Of a stretch of 64,000 nt of DNA, positions 19,686-29,644 are shown in pieces; position 1 is the first letter of the stretch; each line of letters begins with the position of its first letter. The position numbers were made by a program, and so were the translations under genes. A model generated the notes under the pieces. That model saw only the letters and a program-made list of their open reading frames with translations, made no database searches and was not told the DNA's origin. Origin of the DNA: Trueperaceae bacterium (lineage in GTDB: Bacteria; Deinococcota; Deinococci; Deinococcales; Trueperaceae); the NCBI GenBank assembly GCA_965213705.1, contig OZ243913.1, positions 3,936,001-4,000,000 of the forward strand, given 5' to 3'.

Positions 19686-20713
19686 TGAGCACGTCTACGA
19701 GTACGGCTGCGAACACGACAACCGCGAGTACGACGGCCGCGCGCCGCATCAACTTAGCCCAAGCCACTTTGGAGGCGATGGACGAGGAGATGGCCCGCGA
19801 CCCGCGCGTTTTTCTGATGGGCGAGGACATCGCCCGGCAGGGCGGCGTGTTTGGGCAGTTCAAGGGCCTGAGCGAGCGCTACGGCTTGAGCCGGGTCCGC
19901 GACACGCCCATCTCCGAAGCCGCCCTGGTGGGCACCGCGCTGGGCGCGGCGCTGGCGGGGGCGCGCCCCGTTTTCGACATGCACTTCGCCGACTTTTCAC
20001 TCGTCGCGATGGACGAAATCGTCTCGCAGATTGCCAAGATTCGCTACATGTCGGGCGGGCAGGTCGAGGTGCCGCTCGTCATTCGGATGCCCGACGGCGC
20101 GATTCGTTCGGCGGCGGCGCAGCACTCGCAGTCTTTGGAGGCCCTGTTTTTGCACGTTCCGGGGCTGAAGGTGGTGACGCCGTCGAACCCCGCCGACGCC
20201 AAGGGCCTGCTCAAGGCCGCCATCCGCTCGCCCGACCCGGTGCTCTACCTAGAGCACAAGGCGCTCTACACCGTAAAGGGTGAGGTGCCCGAAGGCGACG
20301 TGGTGGTGCCGCTGGGCGCGGCGACGGTCGCGCGGGAAGGTCGGGACGTGACGCTCATTTCCTACTCGCTCACCCTGCGAAAAGCGCTGCAGAGCGCCGA
20401 ACACTTAGAGCAGCAAGGTGTGAGCACCGAGGTCGTCGACCTGCGCAGCCTCAACCCGCTCGACTGGGCCACGGTCTATGCGTCGGTGCGCAAGACGAAG
20501 CGGGCGGTGGTCGCGCACGAGGCTTGGCGCGCCTACGGGGTCGGCGCGGAAATCGCCGCGCGTTTGCACGAGACGCTCCACCGCGAGCTGGCCGCACCGG
20601 TCGAGCGCGTGGGCGCGGCGCACGTGCCGATTCCCTTTTCGCCGCCGCTCGAGCAAGCCGTCATCCCGCAAGTTGAGGACATCACCGCCGCCGCGCTTAG
20701 GGCGCTCGCGTGA
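19685..20713 (+). CDS. ThDP-dependent dehydrogenase E1 beta (AcoB/PdhB-like)
   Basis: GEDI, DTPISE, AAQHSQSLE, DLRSLNPLD; ATG 19685 coupled to upstream TGA. Confidence 0.92.
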   Translation: MSTSTSTAANTTTASTTAARRINLAQATLEAMDEEMARDPRVFLMGEDIARQGGVFGQFKGLSERYGLSRVRDTPISEAALVGTALGAALAGARPVFDMHFADFSLVAMDEIVSQIAKIRYMSGGQVEVPLVIRMPDGAIRSAAAQHSQSLEALFLHVPGLKVVTPSNPADAKGLLKAAIRSPDPVLYLEHKALYTVKGEVPEGDVVVPLGAATVAREGRDVTLISYSLTLRKALQSAEHLEQQGVSTEVVDLRSLNPLDWATVYASVRKTKRAVVAHEAWRAYGVGAEIAARLHETLHRELAAPVERVGAAHVPIPFSPPLEQAVIPQVEDITAAALRALA

Positions 20714-20973
20714 CCCGGACGGTTCCTATGCCCCAGCTCGGCCTCACGATGGAAGAGGGGACGCTGCTGCGCTTTTTGGTCCAGGTCGGCGAGTTCGTCG
20801 AGGCGGGGCAGGACCTGCTGGAGGTCGAGACGGACAAGGCGGTCAACACCGTGCCTTCGAGCGACCGCGGCTACTTGCGCGAGGTCTGCGCCGCGCCGAA
20901 CACCGAGTACCCCGTCGGCGCGGTGTTAGCCTACCTCACCGACACGGCGGACGAGGCGTTGGAGCGCTCGTGA
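20710..20973 (+). CDS. Stand-alone lipoyl/biotinyl carrier domain
   Basis: MPQLGLTMEEG...EVETDKA; 87 aa only. Confidence 0.88.
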   Translation: MTRTVPMPQLGLTMEEGTLLRFLVQVGEFVEAGQDLLEVETDKAVNTVPSSDRGYLREVCAAPNTEYPVGAVLAYLTDTADEALERS

Positions 20974-21833
20974 CGGGCGCGACCCTGGCCCGCTGGCGCG
21001 ACCGGGCGCAGCCCACCGTCGACCTGTACGTCGACGGTCGCTTGCCCGGCTACGGGCGCACCTTGTTCGTCCTCATGGGCGCCACCCTGACCGACCGCGC
21101 CGCGGCCCTGGGCGTCAAGCCAGGTTTCAACATCGCCATGCTCGAGTCGCCCCCCGGCAAGGGCGCAGCGCCCCACATCCACGAAACCCTCGAGGTCCTC
21201 ATGCCGGTGACGGGCAGGTGGCGCTTCGAAGCGGGTGGGCACGCCGTAGAGCTGGGACCCCTCGACGTGCTCGTCATTCCCACCCACCTCTACCGGAGTT
21301 TTCGCAACGTGAGCGGCGAGACGGCCAAGCTGTTCGCGCTCGTCGCCGGCCGCGACATGGTCAACACCATCGCCATGCACCCGGACGTCGTGGCGGCCGC
21401 CCGCGGGGCTGGCTTAGACGTCGACGACGTCGGCCGGCAGCGCTTGCCGGGGTTCGAGCCACAGGCCGTTCACATCACCGAGCGACGCGCGAGCGCCGAG
21501 GAGGTCGCACGCGGGGCTGTGCTTTACGAGACCTTCGCCGACTCGAGCGGCTACCTGCACGTGCTGGGACCCCGCGACAGCGACGCGCGCGTCGAAGAGG
21601 ACGTTTCGTTCTCGCTCGGCTTCGTGCGGGGCGGGAGGTACGAGCCGGACCGCGCGAGCAGCTTGGAAGTGCTCGTGCCTTTAAGTGAGGCCTGGCGGCT
21701 CGAGGAGCCCGGCGGGGCGACGCCCCTAGAGCCCTTCGACACGGTGCTGGCCTCCAACGGAACGTTTCTCAACCCCGACCCCCACGCGCTGCTGCTCACC
21801 TTACGGGAACACCATCCAAAGGAGGATGTATGA
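20970..21833 (+). CDS. Cupin-domain protein
   Basis: PGKGAAPHIHETLEV...GPLDVLVIP..YRSF; GTG 20970. Confidence 0.75.
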   Translation: MTGATLARWRDRAQPTVDLYVDGRLPGYGRTLFVLMGATLTDRAAALGVKPGFNIAMLESPPGKGAAPHIHETLEVLMPVTGRWRFEAGGHAVELGPLDVLVIPTHLYRSFRNVSGETAKLFALVAGRDMVNTIAMHPDVVAAARGAGLDVDDVGRQRLPGFEPQAVHITERRASAEEVARGAVLYETFADSSGYLHVLGPRDSDARVEEDVSFSLGFVRGGRYEPDRASSLEVLVPLSEAWRLEEPGGATPLEPFDTVLASNGTFLNPDPHALLLTLREHHPKEDV

Positions 21834-22846
21834 AAAAATGGCTGCTGACCATGCTCGTACTCGGAACGTTTTTGGCGCTCGGCGTCACCACGGCGCAGCG
21901 CACGCTGCGCCTGTCTTACATCGCGCCCGAAGGCGACAAATGGGACTTGGGCGCTAAGCGCTTCGCCGAACTCGTCGAAGAGCGTTCCGGCGGCGCGCTG
22001 CGCGTCGAGACCTTCCCCGGCTCCATCCTGGCAAACCGTTCACAACAGGCCGAGGTGCAGGCCGTCCAGTCCGGCACCATCGACATGGCGATGGTCAGCC
22101 CCATCCTGCTGGCCCTGTTCGTCGACTCGCGCTTCGACATGTACAGCTTGCCGTTTCTGTTCCCCGACCAGGAAGTCGCCCTGGCGACCGTCGACGAGCT
22201 GCGCCCGCAGACCGACGCCTGGCTCAGCGAGCGCGGCCTGCAGGCCCTCGCCTACGGCGTCAACGGCTTCCGGCAGGTCACCAACTCGGAGCGCGTCATC
22301 ACGAGTCCCGAGGACATGGCCGGGCTCAAGTTCCGCGCGGCGGGAACGCAGATTTTTCTCAAGACCTTTGAAGAGCTGGGCGCGTCGGCCATCACCATGA
22401 ACTTCGGCGAGGTGTTCACCTCGCTGCAGCAAGGCGTCATCGACGGCCAAGAAAACCCGCTCGGCGTCATTCTTTCGACGAAACTCTACGAGGTGCAGCC
22501 CTACGCGACGGTGTGGAACTACGCCTTCGACCCGGTCATCCTGACCATGAACGCCCAACTGTTCTCGACCTTTTCGGCAGACGAGCAAAGCCTGCTGCAG
22601 ACGGCGGCGGAAGACGCCATGCAGTACGAGCGCGAGCTGGCGGCCGCGTCGGACACGACCGCGCCGGAAACGCTCACCGCGGAGGGCATGAACGTCTACT
22701 ACCCCAGCGCCGAAGAGTTGGCCGTGTTCAGGGACGCGGTCGGAGCCGTCTACACCGACCCCGCCATCGTGGAGCGAATAGGCGCGGAAAACCTGGACCT
22801 CGTCACCCGTACGGTAGAGCGCATTCGCACCGAGATGGGCCGCTAA
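21830..22846 (+). CDS. dctP: TRAP transporter substrate-binding protein DctP
   Basis: Signal peptide, NGFRQ, GLKFR, LQQGVIDGQENP. Confidence 0.92.
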   Translation: MKKWLLTMLVLGTFLALGVTTAQRTLRLSYIAPEGDKWDLGAKRFAELVEERSGGALRVETFPGSILANRSQQAEVQAVQSGTIDMAMVSPILLALFVDSRFDMYSLPFLFPDQEVALATVDELRPQTDAWLSERGLQALAYGVNGFRQVTNSERVITSPEDMAGLKFRAAGTQIFLKTFEELGASAITMNFGEVFTSLQQGVIDGQENPLGVILSTKLYEVQPYATVWNYAFDPVILTMNAQLFSTFSADEQSLLQTAAEDAMQYERELAAASDTTAPETLTAEGMNVYYPSAEELAVFRDAVGAVYTDPAIVERIGAENLDLVTRTVERIRTEMGR

Positions 22847-22852
22847 CCCCGA

Positions 22853-23389
22853 GTGTCGCCCCCCGGACGCCCCACGAAACGCCGCACGGTCTTCAACTTG
22901 CCCGTAGAAGAAAACCTGGCCGCGCTGCTCCTCGTAGCCATGACGACCATCGCTTTCGTGGGCACGGTGAGCCGCTACGTGTTCAACCGGGGCATCCCGT
23001 TTTTGGAGCAGTTCACCCCCGAACTGTTCGTGTGGATGACCTTTTTGGGCGCGGCGGCGGCGGCGCAGCGGCGGGCGCACCTGGGCAGCACTTTTTTGCT
23101 CGAGCAGCTTCCCCCCAAACTCCGCCGCGCGCTGCGGCTCGTGCTGCTCGGCTTGTCGGTGGTTTTTTTCGGCATCCTCGTTTATTACGGCTGGCAGGGG
23201 GTCCAAAACGACCTCCGCTTCGGCATGAAGAACGCGCTGGGGCTGCCCAACTGGGTCATCACGGTGGCGGTGCCGATAGGAGGCTTGCTGCTTATAGCGC
23301 GCTCGGTGCAGGCGTTTCTCACCGAGCCCGCCGCTGAACCCACTGCTGAACCAGTTGCCGAACCCGCTGCTGAGTCTCCAGCAGAATGA
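22853..23389 (+). CDS. dctQ: TRAP small permease DctQ
   Basis: 4 TM segments, RYVFN, VWMTFLGA. Confidence 0.85.
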   Translation: MSPPGRPTKRRTVFNLPVEENLAALLLVAMTTIAFVGTVSRYVFNRGIPFLEQFTPELFVWMTFLGAAAAAQRRAHLGSTFLLEQLPPKLRRALRLVLLGLSVVFFGILVYYGWQGVQNDLRFGMKNALGLPNWVITVAVPIGGLLLIARSVQAFLTEPAAEPTAEPVAEPAAESPAE

Positions 23390-24678
23390 ACTTACCCCTC
23401 GCCCTCACCCTTTTCAGCGCTTTTTTCTTCTTGCTGCTGTCCGGACTCCCGGTCGCCCTCAGCCTCGGCTTATCGGCGGTGGCGGCGATCGTAATTTTCG
23501 ACTTGGGCAGCCTGCAACTCGCGCCCCAACTCATGGTGTCGGCGACGAACTCCTGGACGCTGCTCGCCATCCCCTTTTTTATCCTGGCGGGCAACTTGCT
23601 GGGCCACTCCGAGCTTTCCCGGCGACTGGTCGTCCTGGCAGAAACGGTCGTCGGCAACGTGCCGGGCGGGCTCGCTATCGTAACCATTGGGGTGAGCATC
23701 TTTTTTGCGGGCATTTCCGGCTCGGGCGCGGCCGACACGGCGGCGCTCGGCGCGCTGCTCATTCCGGCGATGGTCGCTTCGGGCTACGGCAAGGACTTTG
23801 CCGCCGGCTTGATAGCGGCGGGGGGCGGTATCGGCATTATCGTGCCGCCCAGCATCGCCCTCATTATCTACGGCGTGGTGGCGCAGAACGTTTCGATAGG
23901 CAAACTTTTTATCGCGGGCATCGTGCCGGGCATCATCGTGGGTTTGTCGCTCATGGTCGTGGCCTACCTCATCTCCAGGCGGCGCGGCTACCGGGCGGCG
24001 CGTCCGCGGGGCAACCTTAGAGAAGTCGCCGTCGCCCTGCGCCGCGCCCTGTGGGGTTTGCTCGCGCCCCTGATTATCTTGGGCGGCATCTACGGCGGCA
24101 TCTTCACCCCGACCGAGTCGGCGGCGGTGGCGGTGGTGTACGGCTTGTTGGTGGGCGTTTTTATCTACCGCGACCTGACGCCGAAGGTGATTTGGTCCAT
24201 CCTGCGCGCTTCCGCCGTGACCACCGCGGCGGTCATGTTCATCGTCGCCGCGGCCAGCTTGTTCAGCTACGTCTTGACCGTGGGACAGCTCGCGAGCGGC
24301 ATCGCGAACGCGCTCGTCACGCTGACCACCTCGAAATACGTGCTGCTCTTACTTGTCAACCTCGTCTTGCTCGTGGCGGGCATGTTTATGGACGGCATCA
24401 GCGTGTTCTATATTTTTGTGCCCATATTTTTGCCCGCCCTGGTGCAACTCGGTGTCGACCCCCTGCACTTCGGCGTCGTCGCGACGGTCAACGTCGCCAT
24501 CGGTCAGATTACGCCGCCTGTCGGCGTCAACCTGTTCGTCGCCGCGCCCATCGCCGGCGTCAACCTGCAACAAATCAGTCGGGGCGTGCTCCCCTTCGTG
24601 GCGGCGGAACTTTTGGCGCTGACGGTCATCAGCTTGTTTCCCCAGTTGTCTTTGTGGTTGCCCGGCCTTTTGGGTTAG
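23386..24678 (+). CDS. dctM: TRAP large permease DctM
   Basis: LLAIPFFILAG, IVPPSI, FTPTESA, ITPPVGVNLF. Confidence 0.92.
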   Translation: MNLPLALTLFSAFFFLLLSGLPVALSLGLSAVAAIVIFDLGSLQLAPQLMVSATNSWTLLAIPFFILAGNLLGHSELSRRLVVLAETVVGNVPGGLAIVTIGVSIFFAGISGSGAADTAALGALLIPAMVASGYGKDFAAGLIAAGGGIGIIVPPSIALIIYGVVAQNVSIGKLFIAGIVPGIIVGLSLMVVAYLISRRRGYRAARPRGNLREVAVALRRALWGLLAPLIILGGIYGGIFTPTESAAVAVVYGLLVGVFIYRDLTPKVIWSILRASAVTTAAVMFIVAAASLFSYVLTVGQLASGIANALVTLTTSKYVLLLLVNLVLLVAGMFMDGISVFYIFVPIFLPALVQLGVDPLHFGVVATVNVAIGQITPPVGVNLFVAAPIAGVNLQQISRGVLPFVAAELLALTVISLFPQLSLWLPGLLG

Positions 24679-24727
24679 CGCTCGAGCCCTGAACCGTTCG
24701 GTACGGATTCCAACAACACAACTGATT

Positions 24728-24765
24728 CCTTTCCGGTTAATTCCCTCGGGAACTAACCGGAAAGG
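24728..24765. terminator. Hairpin between convergent operons
   Basis: CCTTTCCGGTTAATTCCC-TC-GGGAACTAACCGGAAAGG. Confidence 0.55.
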
Positions 24766-24900
24766 GTGTCAGTGACGTGTGGAAGCGCTAAAGACATGGG
24801 ACCGAAAAGCCTCGTCAGGCGTGGTCGCGCCAGCTACCGCTAAGTTTGGCAGGTGTGTCGTCAAAACTTTCGCTGAGCGTCGGGTCTACCGAAAGGCGTG

Positions 24901-25926
24901 TCAGCCGGGATTTCCGGTTCCGCCCGTCGCACCGAAAACCTGACTGGTCACGTAGGTCGTGGCGTCTCTGGACGCGAGCATCACGTAGATAGGCGCGAGT
25001 TCGGCCGGCTGACCCGGACGGCCCAGCGGCGTCCCGCTGCCGAACGTCACCACGTTTTCAGGCTTTTGCCCACCGGTGACTTGCAGCGGCGTCCAAAAAG
25101 GCCCCGGCGCCACGGCGTTTACGCGTATTCCCTGGTCGACGACCTGTTTGGCAAGCGCGTGTGTAAAGGCCACTATCGCCGCTTTGGTCTGGGCGTAGTC
25201 GAGCAGAATTTTCGAAGGGTCGTAGGCCTCGACCGAGGCGGTGTTGACGACACAAGCACCTTCTGACAAGTGTGGCAGTGCAGCTTTGGTAATCCAGAAC
25301 AGTGCGTAGACGTTCGTCTTCAACGTCTGGTCGAACTGTTCGGTGGTGATGTCGAGAATCGACGGCTGCCACCGCTGAAACGCGGCGTTGTTAACGAGCA
25401 CGTCGAGCCCGCCCAGCTCGCCGACCGCCGTGGTGACCAGTTGCTGGCAAAACGCCTCGTCCCGGATGTCGCCCGGAATGGGCACGGCCTTTCTACCCGC
25501 CGCCTCGACGAGCGCCACGACCTCTTGCGCGTCCGGCTCCTCGGCGGGGAGGTAGTTGATGGCGACGTCGGCCCCCTCGCGCGCGTAGGCGATGGCCGCG
25601 GCCCGGCCTATGCCGGAGTCTCCGCCGGTGATGAGCGCCCTGCGACCCACCAGCTTGCCCGACCCCTGGTAGCTTGTCTCGCCGTGGTCGGGTACGGGTT
25701 CCATGAGCCCGGTCAGACCCGGCCACATTTGCCGCTGGGCCGGGAACGGCGGCTCCGGATACTCGGGGGGTGGCTGACTCACCTGCGCCGCGCCGTTGCC
25801 GGCAGCACCTCCCGTAGCTGCATCCTGTTGGCCGAGCGCCGGCGTCGCCAGCGCCGCGACGAGGCCGGTACCGATGCCGCCGAGGACGCGGCGACGTGAC
25901 AGCTTGACGTCAAATTCCGATTTCAT
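24901..25926 (-). CDS. SDR oxidoreductase, YghA-like, with Tat-like N-terminus
   Basis: PDHGETSYQGSGKL, TGGDSGIGRA, NNA, YAQTK; SRRRVLGG leader. Confidence 0.88.
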   Translation of the reverse strand: MKSEFDVKLSRRRVLGGIGTGLVAALATPALGQQDAATGGAAGNGAAQVSQPPPEYPEPPFPAQRQMWPGLTGLMEPVPDHGETSYQGSGKLVGRRALITGGDSGIGRAAAIAYAREGADVAINYLPAEEPDAQEVVALVEAAGRKAVPIPGDIRDEAFCQQLVTTAVGELGGLDVLVNNAAFQRWQPSILDITTEQFDQTLKTNVYALFWITKAALPHLSEGACVVNTASVEAYDPSKILLDYAQTKAAIVAFTHALAKQVVDQGIRVNAVAPGPFWTPLQVTGGQKPENVVTFGSGTPLGRPGQPAELAPIYVMLASRDATTYVTSQVFGATGGTGNPG

Positions 25927-26321
25927 GTTTTCTCCTGACTTTGGTCATCCTTGTGGTTGGTTATTCCCGTGGTTGTTTGTCCTTGTGAGAGGTGAGGGAC
26001 GGCGGGCCTGCTTGACCTGCTACCTGCTTGACCTGCAAGAGGCAAAAGCGCAGTTTGTGTTCCGTAGAAACCGTGCAGGTCGATGTTCGCGGAACGGTTG
26101 CGCGATTCGGCCGGGTTCCGTTCGGGTGCCTTTGGTTGAGGTTTGTGCGGCCGGTACGGTCAACCCCCGGTTACTCGCCTAGTGTTTCTGGGCCGAACAG
26201 AAAAAGTGGGTTGACCGGCGAACGCTCAGCTGACCCGCTGTTCACGTTGGCGGTCTTGAGGTAGCGGGTGTCGTGCGAACGAGGGGGCCTGTAAGGTGGC
26301 GGTCCCCTCGGTTCGCGCGGG

Positions 26322-26794
26322 CTAGCTCATGATTTGGGCGGCGAGTTGCGAGTGCGCTTCGTCCCTTGCTTGGCTTCCTCCAACGACTGACCCATCGCCT
26401 GCTTCACGCGCCCCAGCCCGGCTTGGTCCGCGTAAGCCGCCATCGTGCCGAAGGCGGCAATCCAGTAGTGGAGCGCGAGCTGCCCCGCGGCGATGATGCC
26501 GAGGTCGCGGACCTCGTCGGTGGGGGCGGCTTGGCGAATTTTACGCGACACCTCGTAGTGAGCCTCGAGGACCGGGTTCTCACCCTCTCCGTCCGCGCCG
26601 ACCTCACTCATGGCCTGGTCTATACGCTCGCGCCACTCTTCGGACGTCTCACTGCCCTTTTCCAACAGCGACTTCAGTTCGGGATTGGTAGCCGCCTGTT
26701 CAATCTCGTCCGCGGCGTCGGCGGCGACGCGCCCACCCGCTTTTAAGGCCGGTAGGCCGTCGGCGATGAGCTGTTTAAGGTTGTCTTCGTTCAT
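26322..26794 (-). CDS. DUF892/YciF-like ferritin-fold protein with probable frameshift near the C-terminus
   Basis: RDLGIIAAGQLALHYWIAAFGT; alternative frame continues DEAHSQLAAQIMS*. Confidence 0.75.
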
Positions 26795-26942
26795 GGTTTC
26801 CCCCCTTAGGTTGACTAAAGACCGCAGCCCCTAAGGCTGCAGCCTCTAAAAAAGATACAGAACGAGGCTGCAAAAAACAGCTACTCAGCGCTCATTCGGG
26901 GTGCTCCCCGGTGTTTGTACCCCAGTATTTACACCCCAGTGT

Positions 26943-28802
26943 TTATGCCCTCACTTGATTTTTGCCCCGACGCTTGGCTTCGTAAAGTTTGCGGTCCGCC
27001 AGCGCCACCAGTTTTTCGCAGTCACACACGCTCGTGTCGTCTGAAACCCCGATGCTGAGCGTGACGGCGAGGCCGGGCGCTACCGCGTCCCAGGAATGCG
27101 CCGCGACCTTTTGGCGGAGGTCGTTGCAAACCGCAACGGCTCCCGGCGCGGCGGTTTCCGGGAAGAGCAGCACGAATTCCTCGCCGCCGTAGCGCGCGGC
27201 GGTATCCACTTCGCGCAGCTGGCTTAAGAGCCGCGCCACGGTCCTCAGCACCTCGTCGCCCACGGCGTGCGAAAAGGTGTCGTTGATGTGCTTGAAGTCG
27301 TCGATGTCGCAAAGTGCCACGCTCAGCGCGTGGCCGAAGCGGCGCGCCCGCACAAACTCCTCACCCAGCCGCGCGTCGGCGTAACGGCGGTTGTAGAGGC
27401 CGGTCAGCGCGTCCTCTTTAGCTTGACGCTCGAGCCTCGCCGCAAGCTCCGCCGCTTGCTCGTTGAGCGCTTGCAACGCTAGGTTAGCCTGGGCAAGCTC
27501 CACGTTTTTGAGGCGGTAGATTTCGCGCTCTTTTTCGGCCTGCCCGGTTTCGAACCTTATCCGCAAGCTTCCCAGGGCGCGGCTCGAGGCTTCGTTGAAG
27601 ACGCGTTCTTTCACTTCGCAGTAGCGCTCGTGATGCTCTAGGGCTTGGGCCAACAGCCCGCAGCGTTTGAACGCTGCCGAGAGCGATTTGTGCGCGCCGT
27701 AAACGTTGTCCTGAGACCCGCTCCGCGTGGCGGCCAGAAGCGCTTCTTGCAACAGGGGCAGGGCCTGACGCGGTCGACCCACATACAGCTCTCCCAAAAG
27801 CAGCAGGGTTTCCGCCTCGCCCTTCAGGTCGCAGAGCGCCTTTTTGAGCGCCAGGCTCCGCTCGAGACAAGCCCGCGCCCGGTTCGTTTCTCCAAGTGCC
27901 CTGCGGATAGAGCCCAGGCTGTCAAGCGAGTAAGAGACACCCCGCTTGTCGCAGAGCGCTTCGCGGAGGTCGAGACTTTGCTGCTGATAGGCGAGTGCGC
28001 CGGCAAAGTCCCCGAGCTTCTCGAGAGCGAGCGCCATGTTGTCCAGCACCAGGGCGCGTAGGTTTTCACCGGCCTCGTTTTCACCAGCCTCGTTTTCACC
28101 AGCCTCGTTTTTGCCAGCCTCGTTTCTGCCGGCCGCGCCCAGACTCAACGCCTTGCGGTAGTGCTCGAGCGCCTCTTCAAAGCTACCCAGCCGGTAGTAG
28201 CTGTAGCCGATGTTGTTGAGAAGCTGCGCTTCGCCCTCACGGTTGCCGGAGGCGGTGCACAGCTGCCAGCTCTTGAGGTTGTAAGCGAGCGCGTCCGCGT
28301 GGTCGCCTAAGTAGTCGTGGATGTAGCCCAGGCTTTGGAGCGCTTCGGCCTCGGACGCGTCGCCGCGCCCCTCACAAAGTTGGTAGCGCGCGAGGTAGTA
28401 GTAAAGCGCCCAGTTGAGGTCGCCCAGTTCCGAGCTGATGAGACCGAGCATGTTCAGGGTGTTTTCAACCCTGCGCCCGTCGCCCAGCGCCTCGAAACAA
28501 GGCAGCGCCGCCAACGCATCCTTCAGGGCCTGTTGCGGGTTTGAAAGCCGTAAGAACAAGTTGCACCTGACGTAGAGGCTGAGCGCCACACCCGACGGGT
28601 AGCTAAGTGCCTGAGCCGCCTCGAGAGCCTTTTCGCAGAGCGCGAGCGCCTTTTGAGTGTCACCAAAGCGCACCTCCCAGGCGCGGTCAAGCAGGTCGTT
28701 CACCTCGGCGACCAGGGGCGCGTCGGCGGGTGGTAGGGCTGTGGCGTCGGACAAGGTACTGGCTCCTTGGGTACCACTATAGTCGAGGAGGTCTTTCAAC
28801 AT
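26943..28802 (-). CDS. TPR-repeat diguanylate cyclase
   Basis: TPRs; DALTGLYNRR, DIDDFKHIND, REVD..RYGGEEF; internal 15-bp NEAGE repeats at about 28063-28125. Confidence 0.92.
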   Translation of the reverse strand: MLKDLLDYSGTQGASTLSDATALPPADAPLVAEVNDLLDRAWEVRFGDTQKALALCEKALEAAQALSYPSGVALSLYVRCNLFLRLSNPQQALKDALAALPCFEALGDGRRVENTLNMLGLISSELGDLNWALYYYLARYQLCEGRGDASEAEALQSLGYIHDYLGDHADALAYNLKSWQLCTASGNREGEAQLLNNIGYSYYRLGSFEEALEHYRKALSLGAAGRNEAGKNEAGENEAGENEAGENLRALVLDNMALALEKLGDFAGALAYQQQSLDLREALCDKRGVSYSLDSLGSIRRALGETNRARACLERSLALKKALCDLKGEAETLLLLGELYVGRPRQALPLLQEALLAATRSGSQDNVYGAHKSLSAAFKRCGLLAQALEHHERYCEVKERVFNEASSRALGSLRIRFETGQAEKEREIYRLKNVELAQANLALQALNEQAAELAARLERQAKEDALTGLYNRRYADARLGEEFVRARRFGHALSVALCDIDDFKHINDTFSHAVGDEVLRTVARLLSQLREVDTAARYGGEEFVLLFPETAAPGAVAVCNDLRQKVAAHSWDAVAPGLAVTLSIGVSDDTSVCDCEKLVALADRKLYEAKRRGKNQVRA

Positions 28803-28934
28803 TCTTACAAGCGTTTGTCAGTCCACTTCTCTCGACCGGTAGCGTCTGAGCGACCACGAGGCCGGTTGGCATCACCCCGGACTTGTTAAGAGGTCTACTT
28901 TGCAGCAGGTCCCGGCAGTAAAAGTCAGCCCTCT

Positions 28935-29345
28935 TTGAAGGTTCGTCCCGGCTTGGGTGAAATGCTACCGACACAGGTCAAGCCCTATGACATTCAAGTG
29001 CTTTACCCACAGATGCTAGAGCGCGGCCTAAACCCTAAGACCGTCCGGCACTGTCAGAACATCATTCACAACGCCTTTGAGCAGGCTGTCCGCCGGCAGC
29101 TTGCCAGCAACCCGGCCCAGCATGTCGACTTGCCAAAACAGCATCACGCCGTTGTCCTGAGACCCGCTCCGCGTGGCCGAATGAGCACGGCCTGACGTTT
29201 GCCAATGAGAACGGTGAAGCGCTTGAAATGAACAACTTTCGCAACCGGAACTTTGGAAACGCCCAAGAACGGGCGGGGCTGTCCGGCTTTGACCTCTACA
29301 GCTTGCGACACACCCACGCGACCCTGCTACTTTTGGCCGCCCTTT
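28935..29345 (+). pseudogene. Tyrosine recombinase (phage integrase) remnant with internal deletion
   Basis: VKPYDIQ..Y..M...GLNPKTVRH...AFEQAV....NPA (core-binding region) and FRNRNF...AGL...DLYSLRHTHATLLL (catalytic box) with the middle missing. Confidence 0.75.
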
Positions 29346-29644
29346 CACGGTTGCGGGTGCGGTCGGTGTGTTTGACACTCAAACTGTCCTCACCAGCGAC
29401 AAGAGCAAAGTACGGGCTCTTCTGTGCGCCATCAACCAAACATGAGCAGCGAGAGGGGACAAACATGTCTGAATCACAGGGTTGTGTTCGGCAAGAAAAC
29501 TGTTCCCGCTCGTTTGGTGCTGTAGCTAACCTCGTTAAACGGCCGTCGATACACCTGGTGTAGTTCATGCCAGCGCTGGAAACGTTGTACTATCGAGCTA
29601 CTTGTACCACGTTTCCACGTTTCACTACGCGTTTCGAGGTTGCC

